NCBI RefSeq assembly: GCF_006345805.1 | Contig: NC_043017.1 | Location: 3,534,001-3,598,000 of the forward strand | Source of the DNA: Octopus sinensis | Taxonomy: Eukaryota | Reading direction: 5' to 3' | Length of the DNA: 64,000 nucleotides | Shown: piece after piece, positions 50,501 to 59,870 of the stretch | How positions within the stretch are numbered: the stretch's first letter is position 1 | Layout: every line of letters starts with the position of its first letter | Made by a program: the position numbers and the translations under genes | The notes under the pieces: generated by a model | The model's database searches: none | What the model saw: the letters and a program-made list of their open reading frames with translations, nothing else | Told to the model about the DNA's origin: nothing

Positions 50501-53500
50501 TGAGAAGACACACCAAGCTAAGTGTATTGTGGTTGTGGCCAGTGACATGTAAAAGGCACCTGTGATGGTCGCACATAAAGGGCACCTAAGCTGGTGACAT
50601 GTAAAAAGCACCCAGTACACTCTGTAAAGTTGTTGGCATTAGGAAGGGCATCCAGCTGTAGAAATCAAACCAAAATAGATCACCGGAACCTGGTGCAGCC
50701 CCCTTGGCTTACCAGCACCAAACGGTCTAACCCATGCTAGCATGGGAAAACAGATGTAAAACGATGATGATGATAATGATGTCTGTGATAAAGGAAAGGC
50801 ACATTAGATAATGTTAAATAGTCTTGTACATAAGTGCTAGCCATGGTACCTCTGTGGTTGATCTGCCTGCTAAAAATAGCAGCTAAAACTACTTCACAAT
50901 CATGTTGCTTCAGATTAGTAAAGGAGCCCTTAGATAATGTATTTGTAGATATAGCTTTAAAAAGACAGGGTAGTCACAGATGGATCGCCTTTCATCAAAG
51001 GCCTGGTGGATCAGATAAACAAGTTTAGTACAATATAATAGCTTTGGAGCAGATAAATATGACAGAATAAAGGGAAGGATGTATGATCCAGTGGAGTGGG
51101 GAGGGGAGTGTTTGGTTGTGTCCTTAGCGGAATGTACACAAGACAATAGGCAATTGAATTCTTCATGATGATGATGATGATGATGTTGTGTTGGTGGTGG
51201 AGGTGGTGGTGATGGTGGTGGTGATGGCGTTGTGAGTAATACATTGAGAATATATGGAAGAGTGTAACTGGGGGTAGTGGACAACAGGGTGGGTGGCTAA
51301 GGAGGGCACGAGGAAGGTGGTGAGGTGATGGGGGGTGAGGTGGGTTAGCAGGCGGGGGGGGGAATGACAGTAAAGAGTAGTGGTGGTGGTGGTGGTTTGT
51401 AGGTGACAGAGAGGGTTGTGATGTTGGTGGTAGTGGCGGATGTGATTGTGTAGGAGGTAGTGTAACAGGATAGCAACAAAGACTGATGCCTGGTGACAGG
51501 GAATGTGGTAGTGGTGGTGGTGGTGGTGATGGTGGGAGATAAGGGAAAGCTGTGGATGGGGAATGTGGTGGCGGCGGGGGGGGGATAAGGAAATAACTGA
51601 ATGTGGTGGTGGTCAGAGTGGCAGTTAACTTTATTGAGGAGTGGTGACAAGGAAGGTGGCTGGGGTGGGATTATAGGAAATCAGGGGTCTCTTACAGGAA
51701 ATGTGGTTCAAGTGGCGCAAACAGTTTCCCCACCCCTGCCTCTGTGTCAGATTAAATGCTGAACAGTTATAGAGTTTTGTCCATCACTCAGTCCCCCACC
51801 TTCGGCAAGTGTCTTCTGTCACTCTGGATTGACTAACACCTTGGGAATGGATATGGTAGACAGGAACTATATGGAAGCCTGTTGTGTGTTTGTGTGTGTC
51901 CTTCTCTACTATTTGGGAATTGGTGTTAGTTTGTTTACATCCCGTAACATAGACCATGAAAATGAGTATTGGAGTTGTGACTAAACCTGCCAAGGCAGTT
52001 CCCCAGCATCGTTGAGGTCCTATGACTGAAAAAGAGAAAAAGAAAAAGCTAGACAAAATATCTTCTTGGTTTAAATCAGTTGTGGGCTATTATAGTAGAA
52101 GACACTTGCCCAGTGTGCCATACAGTGGGACTGAACTTAAAACCATTTGGTTGGGAAACAAGCGTCTTAACTGCATGGCTTGCACCTTGATGATACTGTT
52201 TATAATGTGTTTGAGAAAACCTATCAAGCCCAAGTGAGATCATAGTTGTGGCTGATGCCGATGTTGCATAACTGGCACCTGTGCCAGTGACACATAAAAG
52301 GCACCCACTATACTCTTGGTGTGGTTGGTGTTAGGAGGAGCATCCAGCCGTAGAAACCATGCCAAATCAGATTGGAAGCCGGTGCAGCTCCCTGGCTTCC
52401 CAGACCCCGGTCAAACCGTCCAACCCATGCCAGCACGGAAAACAGACGTTAAATGATGATGATAATTGATGATGGTGATGAGTTATATCTGTGTACATGT
52501 GTTGTAGAATTTGTGTTCATATGTGACAAATATTTGATCCAGTCTTGAATTATCTGTACCCCATTTTTTGTTGTCATTTCAGATCCTTTGTGGCATTTAC
52601 CCAATAGCGCAGGTACGGGAACCTTACAGCCCCTTAATGTACCTTGCTCAACGAGTTAACTTAGTGAAACTTCTGAAGCTGCAACACCCTAATTCTGAAA
52701 GCAGTTGCCCTGAATCTCAAAGTTGGTCAGCATTTAACATATGTGATGGTTAGTTAATTAATGTTTTATTACTTAATAAAACTTCTAATTAGTTGTTTTG
52801 CTCCTTCACAATTCTTGATAATGTATTATTACTTTGATCTCTTATTTACTTCTTAACTTTTATTCATTTCAGTCGTTAGTTGAACTAATTGACTCCGGTA
52901 CTTAATTTTTTTTAAAGTCTGGTACTTGTTTTATCAGTCCCTTTTGCTGAAGCACTAAGTTAAAGAGACATAAACAAATAGACAACCTGTTGTCAAGTAA
53001 CTCAGACTCAAAGAGAGACACATACATGCAATTATGTATAAGCAGACATGTATATATATCTATATATGTGTATGTATATATATGTATGTATATATATATA
53101 TGTATGAATATGTGTATATATGTATATGTGTATATGAGCAAAACGCCCCCCTCATCCAATGGACGGTGCTGAGTTGTCAAACATTTAAACCAAATTTTCT
53201 CAAAACAATTTGTCCGATCGTCCCATAGGCCTCCCCTTTGAGAAACACTGATTTAACCTAAATTTGAGCCACCAGCAAAAGAAGAAATAAAGATAGACTT
53301 TTTTTCTAACCCAAAGAAAAACGATTTTATTCACACTGAACCTGGAACCACATGGTTGGGAAGCAACTTCTTACCAACAGCCACACACACACACATACAT
53401 ATAATGGGCTTCTTTCAGTTTCCATCTACCAAATCCACTCACCAGGCTTTTGTCAACCTGAGGCTACAGTATATGACATTTGCCCAAGGTGCCACACAGC

Positions 53501-54649
53501 AGGAGTGAACCAGCAACCATGTGGTTGGGAAGCAAGCTTCTCACCACACAGCCAGACACACACGCACACACACCTCACAGTCACGTCTGTGCCTATTTTA
53601 ATTTTCATTTGTAAGTCTGTGTAATGTTGGTAAATGGCTTCCATTAATTCATTCCAACCCTCAACACGAGGAATGTAACATGTTCCCTTGTCTTCTTCAA
53701 CTTAGAAAACAATCTCTATGCCTTGGTAAGGAGGGCGGCAACCATAACCTTTTGCATTTGAAGAGTTTCCAAGATTGGTAGGGGAAGAGGAAGCGAGGAA
53801 CCACGATTTCAGTCAATGTTTGGTACGATGTTAGCCGTGATCAAATAGATTTATGCAGAAAGGAATTCCATTCATAACTCTCCTGGCATTTTGTATAGCA
53901 AGAACTTTATTGTCCAATATGTGACTTATTAGATTATGATTATTAGTATCATTATTATTATTATCATACTCATGGCAAATAAAACAAAATCATTTTCATC
54001 ATCATCATCATCGTCATCGTTTAACGTCCGCTTTCCATGTTAGCGATTTGACTGTTGGACAATTTGACTGAGGGCTGGCAAACCAGATGACTGTACCAGC
54101 CCCAATCTTGATCTGGCAGAGTTTCTACAGCTGGATGCCCTTCCTAACGCCAACCACTCCGAGAGTGTAGCAGGTGCTTTTATGTGCCACTGGTATGAGG
54201 GCCAGTCAGGCGGTACTGGCAATGGCCACGCCCAAATGGTGTTTTTGTATGTGCCACATGCACACAGGCACAAGTGCCAGTAAGACGACGCTGGTAACGA
54301 TCATGCTCAAATGGTGCTTTATACGTGTCACCGGCACGGATGCCAGTTAGCCACTCTGGCAACGATCATGCTCGGATGGTGCTCTTAGCGCTGCAGTAGC
54401 ACGGATGCCAGTCATCTTCATTATTATTACTTAAGGTAGTGAGCTGGCGGAATCATTAGCATCCAAGCAAAATGCTTAACAGTATTTTGTCAATCTTTAC
54501 ATTCTGAGTTAAAATTCTGCTGAGGTTGACTTTGCCTTTCATCCTTTAGGGGTTGATAAATTAAATAACAATGGAGCTCTGGGGTCAACGTAATTGACTT
54601 GCCCCTCCCTCCCACCAAAATTTCTGGCCTTGTGCTTATAGTAGAAAGA

Positions 54650-54696
<47 letters not shown>

Positions 54697-57036
54697 GTGA
54701 GAGAGTAGTGCATGCCATCAAAGTAACACTGGGGTAACATATATGAAGCCCAGTATACCCATCATGACTACCCTTCTGATAAGGGTACACTATGCCCATA
54801 CATCACAACCACATGTGCGCGACATGGTAATCTTATATCAAGATAAACAGTGCATGACCTTGCAGGTGGGGCCCAGTTAGTATTTTCTTCAGGTTGAGTG
54901 GCCCATTCCACTCAAAAGGTCCCTGAATAAGGGTTGTTTCCAAAGGTGAATTATCCCAAACCCCCAAAATTCCTTTCAACACATGGTTATGATGCTCCCC
55001 CACTACTTCTGCTCGTGATCAGAGATGCACATATTATCAGCCACTAAGAGATATATTCAACTGGTTAAGGTCAAACAACTGACAAGCAAATCTGTGATAT
55101 TGAGCAGAATATTTATTGTAGCCCCACCTCCCTGCAAAAAAATTTAGGTCTTGTGTCTAGAGCCGCACTTTCCATTAAAGTGACCCTGGGGTGCAAATAT
55201 ATGAATCCTTATATACTCAGCATGACTACCTGTCTGATAAAGGTACACCAGGTATATGCATCACAACCATGTGTGCGTGACATAGTGATCTCATATCAAA
55301 GTAAACAGTGCATAACCTTACAGATGGGGCCCAGTTAGAAGTTTCTTTAAGTCAAGTAGCCCATCCCACTCAAAAGGTCCCTGAATAAGGGTTGATTATC
55401 ATTATTATTAAAGCGGCAAAATGGCAGAATCATTAGCATGCTGGACTAAATGCCAAGTGGCATTTCGTCTGTCTTCATGTTCTGAGTTCAAATCCTGCCA
55501 CGGTCAACTTTACTTTTCATCCTTTTACAGACAATGAAGTAAGTACCAGTTGAATACTGGGGGATCAATGTAAACAAAGACCTCACTGCAGGGAGTGGGG
55601 AGAGATAATTCCAAATAATTAAAGGTTATTATCTCAAGTTCTTTACATACAGGTGCAAGAGTGGCTGTGTAGTAAGAAGCTTGCTTCTCAACCACATGGT
55701 TCTGAGTTCAGTCCCACTGCGTGGCACCTTGGGCAGGTGTCTTCTACTCTAGCCTTGGGCTGACCAAAGCCTCGTAAGTGGATTTGGTAGACGGAAACTG
55801 AAAGAAGCCCGTCGTATAAATATTTCTCATCACAATAATTTACATATGCCAGCGCCGCCTTGACTGGCTTCCGTGCCGGTGGCACATAAAATACACCAAT
55901 CCGACTGTGGCCGTTGCCAGCCTCGCCTGGCACCTGTGCAGGTGGCACGTAAAAAGCACCCACTACACTCACGGAGTGGTTGGCGTTAGGAAGGGCATCC
56001 AGCTGTAGAAACATTGCCAGATAAGACTGGAGCCTGGTGCAACCTTCTGGCTTCCCAGATCCCCGGTCGAACCGTCAAACCCATGCTAGCATGGAGAACG
56101 GACGTTAAACGATGATGATGATGATGTTGATGAAAAGTATTTCTTTTCTTAATCTTTTACATCCAGCTTTGGCTCTGAAACGAGGCTTCATTACGGCTCG
56201 TACTGGCCGTCCCGACATGTACCGTGCTGCCAACTATTTACTACGAACCGCAGTTGATGGTCAGCTTTGCCTGTGCTTTCGACCTCCTGACTACACTGAA
56301 AATAAAGGTAAGAAAATCTTAACAATTACTCGTTAAAAAGTTTTTATTTCTTTCCAATTATGGCTTTGTTTGGGTATTCAAGGTTGGATTATAATTGACA
56401 AGATTTTGAGTCTCTAAACCTTGAAGGGGCCATTTCAGCAGGAGATTTAGCTTTAAGCCACAGAACTTTCAAATTCTCTGATAAGTCATCTGCAACAACA
56501 AGAAAACTTTCATAAAGAGCCTCAGTGACTTTTAGGAGAAAAAAGAGAGGAAGAAATCATGACTTATAAATAGTTGTTGTTGTTGTTGTTTTGTTTAACC
56601 CTAGGTTAGATCTGTAAGCAAGGGTATCCCAGCTATCTTTTATCTTTTACTTGTTTCAGTTATTTGACTGTGGCTATGCTGGGGCACCCTCTTGAAAGGG
56701 TTTTAGTTGAAAAGGTACATATTTTTTTCTTTTTTTTTCTCTATCTTTTTTTATCTAATTGCAGATTTCTGGAAGAACCATGCAGAAACCGAAGCGCTAA
56801 AAACTATGCAAAGCCAACACCATCAGCGGAGAAGATCTTCATCTTCAGATTCTTCTGTTGTGTCAAATATTAGCAGTGATGATGATCTTAGCTCTGATGA
56901 AGGCGCCAAACAGTTGGAAAAACAACAGAGTCATGTATTGAAGAGCAGATGCTTTGCCACTAAAAAGGAACTGGAGGGAGACAAAGAGATCAGCCTTATT
57001 TCTAAGAACCCTTTCTTAAATCTAGAATCAGACTAG
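23387..57036 (+). CDS. GNL1: GNL1-like circularly permuted GTPase, 5'-partial spliced gene (9 coding exons found, 1359 nt = 452 aa + stop)
   Basis: Manual exon assembly with GT-AG sites and consistent phases (0-0, 0-1, 1-1, 1-1, 1-0, 0-0, 0-1, 1-1, 1-stop). The peptide follows human GNL1 as I recall it (LSYFExNLETWRQLWRVLEMSDI, NKxDLxPPALVxAWKHYF, VDLSSW, YKDGxVTxGCxGxPNVGKSSLxNGLVGxKVVSVSRTPGHT, DCPGLxFP, GIYPIAQ, YRAANxLLR). Motif order G4-G1-G2-G3 is typical of the HSR1/MMR1 family. Confidence 0.96.
25598..25817 (+). CDS. GNL1: GNL1 exon B (220 nt): AVHLSPALYDHVIDDLGKSLILILNKFDLVPPALVIAWKHYFQEKFPKLHIVCFSSFPNGKNNSKFQTADPGK
   Basis: Acceptor ttccttctacag; contains G4 motif NKFD; donor AAG|gtagag, with an alternative in-phase donor 6 nt upstream ending the exon at 25811. 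Confidence 0.93.
26850..27125 (-). mobile_element. Composite repeat: tRNA-like head + (AAT)n + Penelope-like segment carrying a hammerhead motif
   Basis: Minus strand: A-box tggcgtagtgg (27104-27114), B-box gagttcgattcc (27060-27071), (AAT)n, then ...gacacCTGAAGAagg...cagctGAAACgttgtgtt. Confidence 0.6.
26923..26968 (-). ncRNA. Minimal type I hammerhead ribozyme-like motif
   Basis: GACAC-CUGAAGA-A-GGGUG(10 nt loop)CAGCU-GAAAC-GU-U-GUGUU: stem I 5 bp, canonical core, imperfect stem II, palindromic AACGUU stem III. Confidence 0.6.
28863..29256 (+). mobile_element. Non-autonomous Helitron-like element
   Basis: Starts a|tctctctctctataaag; ends with a degenerate subterminal hairpin (acccgagcaattccaagc) and tgttag; 3' end related to 47267-47669. 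Confidence 0.5.
30547..30785. mobile_element. hAT (Charlie-like) MITE with perfect 8-bp TSD
   Basis: TIRs caatggttctcaag / ggttgagaagcagtg; TSD gtctaaat at 30539-30546 and 30786-30793. Related left-end fragments near 42410 and 49448. Confidence 0.85.
31090..31615 (+). mobile_element. RTE-clade LINE 3' fragment (decayed)
   Basis: Translates GRLYDVCVRMAVFYGSETW / LRKKLNISGIKCSMQERKMCWFGHVMH...GRGKPRKT; the YGSETW and WFGHV motifs are RTE hallmarks. Confidence 0.85.
31812..32030 (-). mobile_element. Second RTE LINE 3' end, inverted relative to 31090-31615
   Basis: Minus ORF RTDLRMLGLKEEITMDRDVW...; reverse complement aligns by eye to 31395-31615. Confidence 0.8.
33790..34260. repeat. Imperfect (CAT/CAC)n trinucleotide tract
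   Basis: Directly visible; explains the M/V/D-rich minus-strand ORF 33878-34336. Confidence 0.9.
38660..38912 (-). mobile_element. Penelope-like terminal-repeat fragment
   Basis: Contains acgtttcgagcggagctcttcgtcggaaac, the ACGTTTCG...CTTC(A/G)TC(A/G)G signature of Penelope pseudo-LTRs. Confidence 0.55.
38795..38829 (-). ncRNA. Minimal hammerhead-like motif, U4C core variant
   Basis: GUUU-CCGACGA-A-GAGC(UCC)GCUC-GAAAC-GU-U-AAAC: stem I 4 bp, perfect 4-bp stem II, palindromic stem III. Confidence 0.55.
41662..41881. mobile_element. piggyBac-type MITE inserted in a SINE D copy
   Basis: TTAA on both sides (41658-41661, 41882-41885); ends ccttttag / ctaaaggg; the SINE rejoins as gaactacg-TTAA-gggtac. 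Confidence 0.8.
43060..43255. mobile_element. Probable interspersed repeat fragment (possibly Penelope-related)
   Basis: Resembles a recurrent octopus repeat as I recall it (gaatgagacctcgatattatg...ctgatgagatgccggagc); no second copy in the window. Confidence 0.3.
44400..44990. repeat. (TA)/(TG)/(TATG) compound microsatellite with an ~85-bp higher-order unit x3
   Basis: Marker gaatatgtatgtaagaatata recurs at 44594, 44680 and 44764. Confidence 0.9.
45110..45430 (-). mobile_element. L2/Crack-like LINE ORF2 C-terminal fragment
   Basis: Minus ORF ...LKVPLLFDTYPEKHKRNIQGMEISVFKKYLDIVLSEGP resembles the GPxLFNxLP...FKxxLDxxLxxVPDEP end of CR1/L2-group elements. Confidence 0.65.
46461..46550 (+). 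CDS. GNL1: GNL1 exon C (90 nt): (V)LHKRKKRGKFSAIGPLALWHACQNIVKDE
   Basis: Acceptor ttttctattttatag, donor gtaagt, phase 1-1; the basic cluster corresponds to human VLKKSRRRG...ALGPEQLLRAC (from memory). Confidence 0.9.
46865..47014 (+). CDS. GNL1: GNL1 exon D (150 nt): (V)DLSSWKKKIEANTGSDESDLVSTVHNDVLDTTFQKHVRYKDGIVTLGCI(G)
   Basis: AAG acceptor (gtcttttattgaag), donor gtaatg; VDLSSW and RYKDG.VT.GC motifs. Confidence 0.93.
47267..47669 (-). mobile_element. Non-autonomous Helitron-like element
   Basis: Minus strand starts a|tctttatatataaaag and ends acccgagcaacgccgggcgatactgctaat (GC-rich subterminal hairpin cccg..cggg plus CTAG-like end). Confidence 0.65.
48443..48663. mobile_element. piggyBac-type MITE, same family in opposite orientation
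   Basis: TTAA flanks (48439-48442, 48664-48667); ends ctctttac / ctaaaggg; interior is the reverse complement of 41662-41881. A third diverged copy lies at ~7505-7735. Confidence 0.7.
48905..49050 (-). mobile_element. Probable LINE 3' end; a short inverted copy of its tail lies at 48842-48893
   Basis: Minus strand reads VLDHETWDTLVAKSTSRHRVISRPKKGSQCLNQAH, like a LINE ORF end; its tail pairs with the adjacent plus-strand copy. Confidence 0.45.
49166..49218 (+). CDS. GNL1: GNL1 exon E (53 nt): (G)YPNVGKSSLMNGLVGKK, P-loop/G1
   Basis: Acceptor cttcttttgacag; GxxxxGKS Walker A motif; weak donor AAG|gttgtt. Confidence 0.95.
49690..49980 (+). repeat. CT-rich tract with an internal ~65-bp direct duplication
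   Basis: ttcactctctctctcactctt...tgtccctttctgtcactctctctttctctcactcactct at ~49720 and ~49842. Confidence 0.85.
50013..50138 (+). CDS. GNL1: GNL1 exon F (126 nt): VVSVSRTPGHTKHFQTIFLTSTVRLCDCPGLVFPSRVPKQLQ, G2/G3
   Basis: Acceptor ctcactttcag, donor gtaatg; DCPG G3 motif. Confidence 0.96.
52583..52748 (+). CDS. GNL1: GNL1 exon G (166 nt): ILCGIYPIAQVREPYSPLMYLAQRVNLVKLLKLQHPNSESSCPESQSWSAFNICD
   Basis: Acceptor ttgtcatttcag, donor gttagt; GIYPIAQ..EPY motif. Confidence 0.94.
54696..55395 (+). repeat. Two diverged direct copies (~54696-54935 and ~55170-55395) of an interspersed repeat
   Basis: Shared catgactacc..ctgataa..gtacac, catcacaacca, cactcaaaaggtccctgaataagggttg. Confidence 0.65.
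56167..56307 (+). CDS. GNL1: GNL1 exon H (141 nt): (A)LALKRGFITARTGRPDMYRAANYLLRTAVDGQLCLCFRPPDYTENK
   Basis: Acceptor cttttacatccag, donor gtaaga; KRGFxTAxxxRxDxYRAAN motif. Confidence 0.95.
56765..57036 (+). CDS. GNL1: GNL1 terminal coding exon (272 nt): (D)FWKNHAETEALKTMQSQ...SSDDDLSSDEG...SKNPFLNLESD*
   Basis: Strong polypyrimidine acceptor ending ctaattgcag; acidic/Ser-rich tail and an NPF-type end like human RNPYALLGEDEC; TAG at 57034-57036. Confidence 0.9.
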
Positions 57037-57079
57037 ATTTTAATAATTTTGTTTCTTGTTATGCTGAAGACGGCATTTG

Positions 57080-57085
57080 ATTAAA
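57080..57085 (+). terminator. Candidate GNL1 polyadenylation signal ATTAAA (alternatives: AATAAA at 57786-57791 and 58054-58059)
   Basis: Hexamer 44 nt after the stop, followed by an A-rich run. Which site is used cannot be told from sequence alone. Confidence 0.3.
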
Positions 57086-57172
57086 CTTAAAAAAAAACAA
57101 AAACAGAAAGCTACATATTGTATGTATATGTATATACATACATATATACATATATGTGTGTGTATGTATGCA

Positions 57173-57215
<43 letters not shown>

Positions 57216-57929
57216 TGTATGTATGTACGTATGTATATGCAGATTCATATACATAAGTTTTTTGGTTTAACAAACAAGAGAAAAGATACTTAATACATAT
57301 CGTGGAGTATATATTTATTTGCAGAAAGTTGAGGATTTTTCACTCCATCACTACTCAGAGTTCCTCGATTGAGGCAGTAACGAAAACACATCGGGCCCTG
57401 AAAGAATGGATGTGAACAAGAAACTCTTTGAGTTGGGATGAAGTGAATCATAAATAAGTTTTGTGCAAATATACATTTGAAGAATGGCATCGATAAACTA
57501 CGATTTAAAGTTTGATGTTTGGACCTTTTTTTCTCAATAGAGCACTCCACCGTCTATTCTGAGAAGTGTCCAACTACACAAATTTGAAGCAAGTTTTATA
57601 TACACACGCATATATATATATATATATATACTCTATCACTTGTATTGAGTTCTTTTACCGTCTGCTTGTACACTCAAACAACAACATACACATATATACA
57701 AATTGGCATTAATTGCATTTGAGTTTAAAAGAATTGAATTTTTTTTTTATTGTGTTTATTACAAAGTTTAAATTATAGAGTTTTTAATAAAACTTCTATG
57801 CAATATATGTCCACTATATATATATATATATATGCATATATATATATATATATATATACATATATACATATATATATATACACACACACATATATACGTA
57901 TATATACACATATATATATATATATACAC

Positions 57930-57970
<41 letters not shown>

Positions 57971-58199
57971 CACACACACATGATGTAATTCTTTATTCTC
58001 TTTTGAGAAAGATTTCTCCAGATTTATTAAATATTACGGATTTCTATATGTTTAATAAACATGTTAAAGATGTTTGTATCAATCAGCTGCAGATTCCTTT
58101 ATTCTGTAATTCCAATTTTACCAAATTTCTACGAACCTTCCTTAATGTTGAAAATAAAATAACCATAAGTGGACCTACAAAACTCTATATACTCACTTA

Positions 58200-58283
58200 C
58201 ACATGTATTTATGTATGTTTGTATGTATGTATGTACCTATGTATATATATATATGTGTGTATATATATGTATATATATATGTG

Positions 58284-58314
<31 letters not shown>

Positions 58315-58603
58315 ATGTATATATATATGTATATATATATATGTGTATATGTATATATATATATATCTATATATACATGTATGTATGTATGTATATATAT
58401 ATATGTGCATATGTATGTATGTATATATATATATGTGTATATGTATATATATATCTCTATATATACATGTATGTATGTATATATATATATATGTATATGT
58501 ATATATATAATATATATATATATATATGTATGCATATATGTATGTATGCATATATGTATATATATACATGTATGTATGTATATATATATACATGTATGTA
58601 CGT

Positions 58604-58648
<45 letters not shown>

Positions 58649-58710
58649 ATGTATATATATATATATGTATGCATATATGTATGTATATGTATATTTATAT
58701 ATATATATAG
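58200..58710. repeat. (TA)n/(TATG)n microsatellite field
   Basis: Directly visible. Confidence 0.95.
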
Positions 58711-59639
58711 TATCATTGGTGAATTTTTAAACTCTAGTAGTGTTCTTCTCAAATACACACACACACACATACACAAACTTACACCATACACACATTATAT
58801 ATATATGTATATTATGATCGTGATTTTGATGTCTACTTTTCTGTGCTTGCATGGGTCTGCTATGAGTATGTAGGACCAGTGTCTTCTACGCCCAGGGGCT
58901 GTTCCTGTTTCATGTGGAGAACTGCCAACAAACAATGCCATATAGATGAGCCTTCTGTCTTGCAAGGATAAAGACAGCACAACATATCAAGAAGCCCGGG
59001 CATACTTTTGTGGTAGACTGTATGCAAATGACAAGAATTAAAGGAGCAGTTGTCTATGATCACCAAATGAACATACATGTATTTGAGAAAATACACACTC
59101 ACACACGTACACACACACATGCACACACACACGTGCACATACACACACATGATGATATATTTATATATATATATATGATGGGCTTCTTTCAGTTTCTGTC
59201 TACCAAATCCACTCAAGGCTTTGGTTGGCCTGGGGCTATAGTAGAAGACACTTGCCAAGGTGGCACGCAGTGGAACTGAACCTGATACCACATAGCTAGG
59301 AAGTGAATTTCTTAACCAGACAGTCATGCCTGGATTGTCTAATCTAATGCAAACATGGAAAAGTGGATGTGAAAACAATGATGATTATGACAATGTTGAT
59401 GGTGATACACTTACATAGACATCTCTCTCTATCTCTCTCTCTGTACACAAACACATAAACACACACATATGTACTAGACTGACAGAGTTACTCAGCCCTC
59501 TTGTTAACATTGGACTAACAGTATTATCTTTTCTCTGCCCAATGTTTTTTCTTAAGTATATAATCAAAATGGTGTTACATCTTATATCATAAAAAACTGT
59601 AACAGACAAATGTATCTAACACTTTAATTTTCCTGTCCG

Positions 59640-59870
59640 TTGGTCCTTTGGTCATCTTCTATGTGGGGTTTGCTCTTTGCACTTGTTTCTGTGATTGTAT
59701 GCCATGTACTCCAGTATTTTTCAGTTACTGTATCTCTACTTTCTTCCTCTTTTTGTGGTGGCATCTTCCCCTTTTTTTCTCTCCTCTACCACTTCCTCTG
59801 TCTAAAAGATCTGTTACATTGCAAGTCCCTCTCCCTCTCACCCTACACCAAGTTTATGTTCCATTATCAC
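59640..59870 (-). mobile_element. Very decayed RTE-like LINE tail
   Basis: Purine-rich minus strand with an RGR-like segment and a tail ending gcaaaccccacatagaagatgaccaaagg; weak signal. Confidence 0.25.

Noticed and set aside
58003-58200. Non-repetitive start of the 235-aa ORF ([15 protein letters not shown]...GPTKL)
   Set aside because: No recognisable domain, it runs into a microsatellite, and it is probably a repeat fragment downstream of the GNL1 stop.
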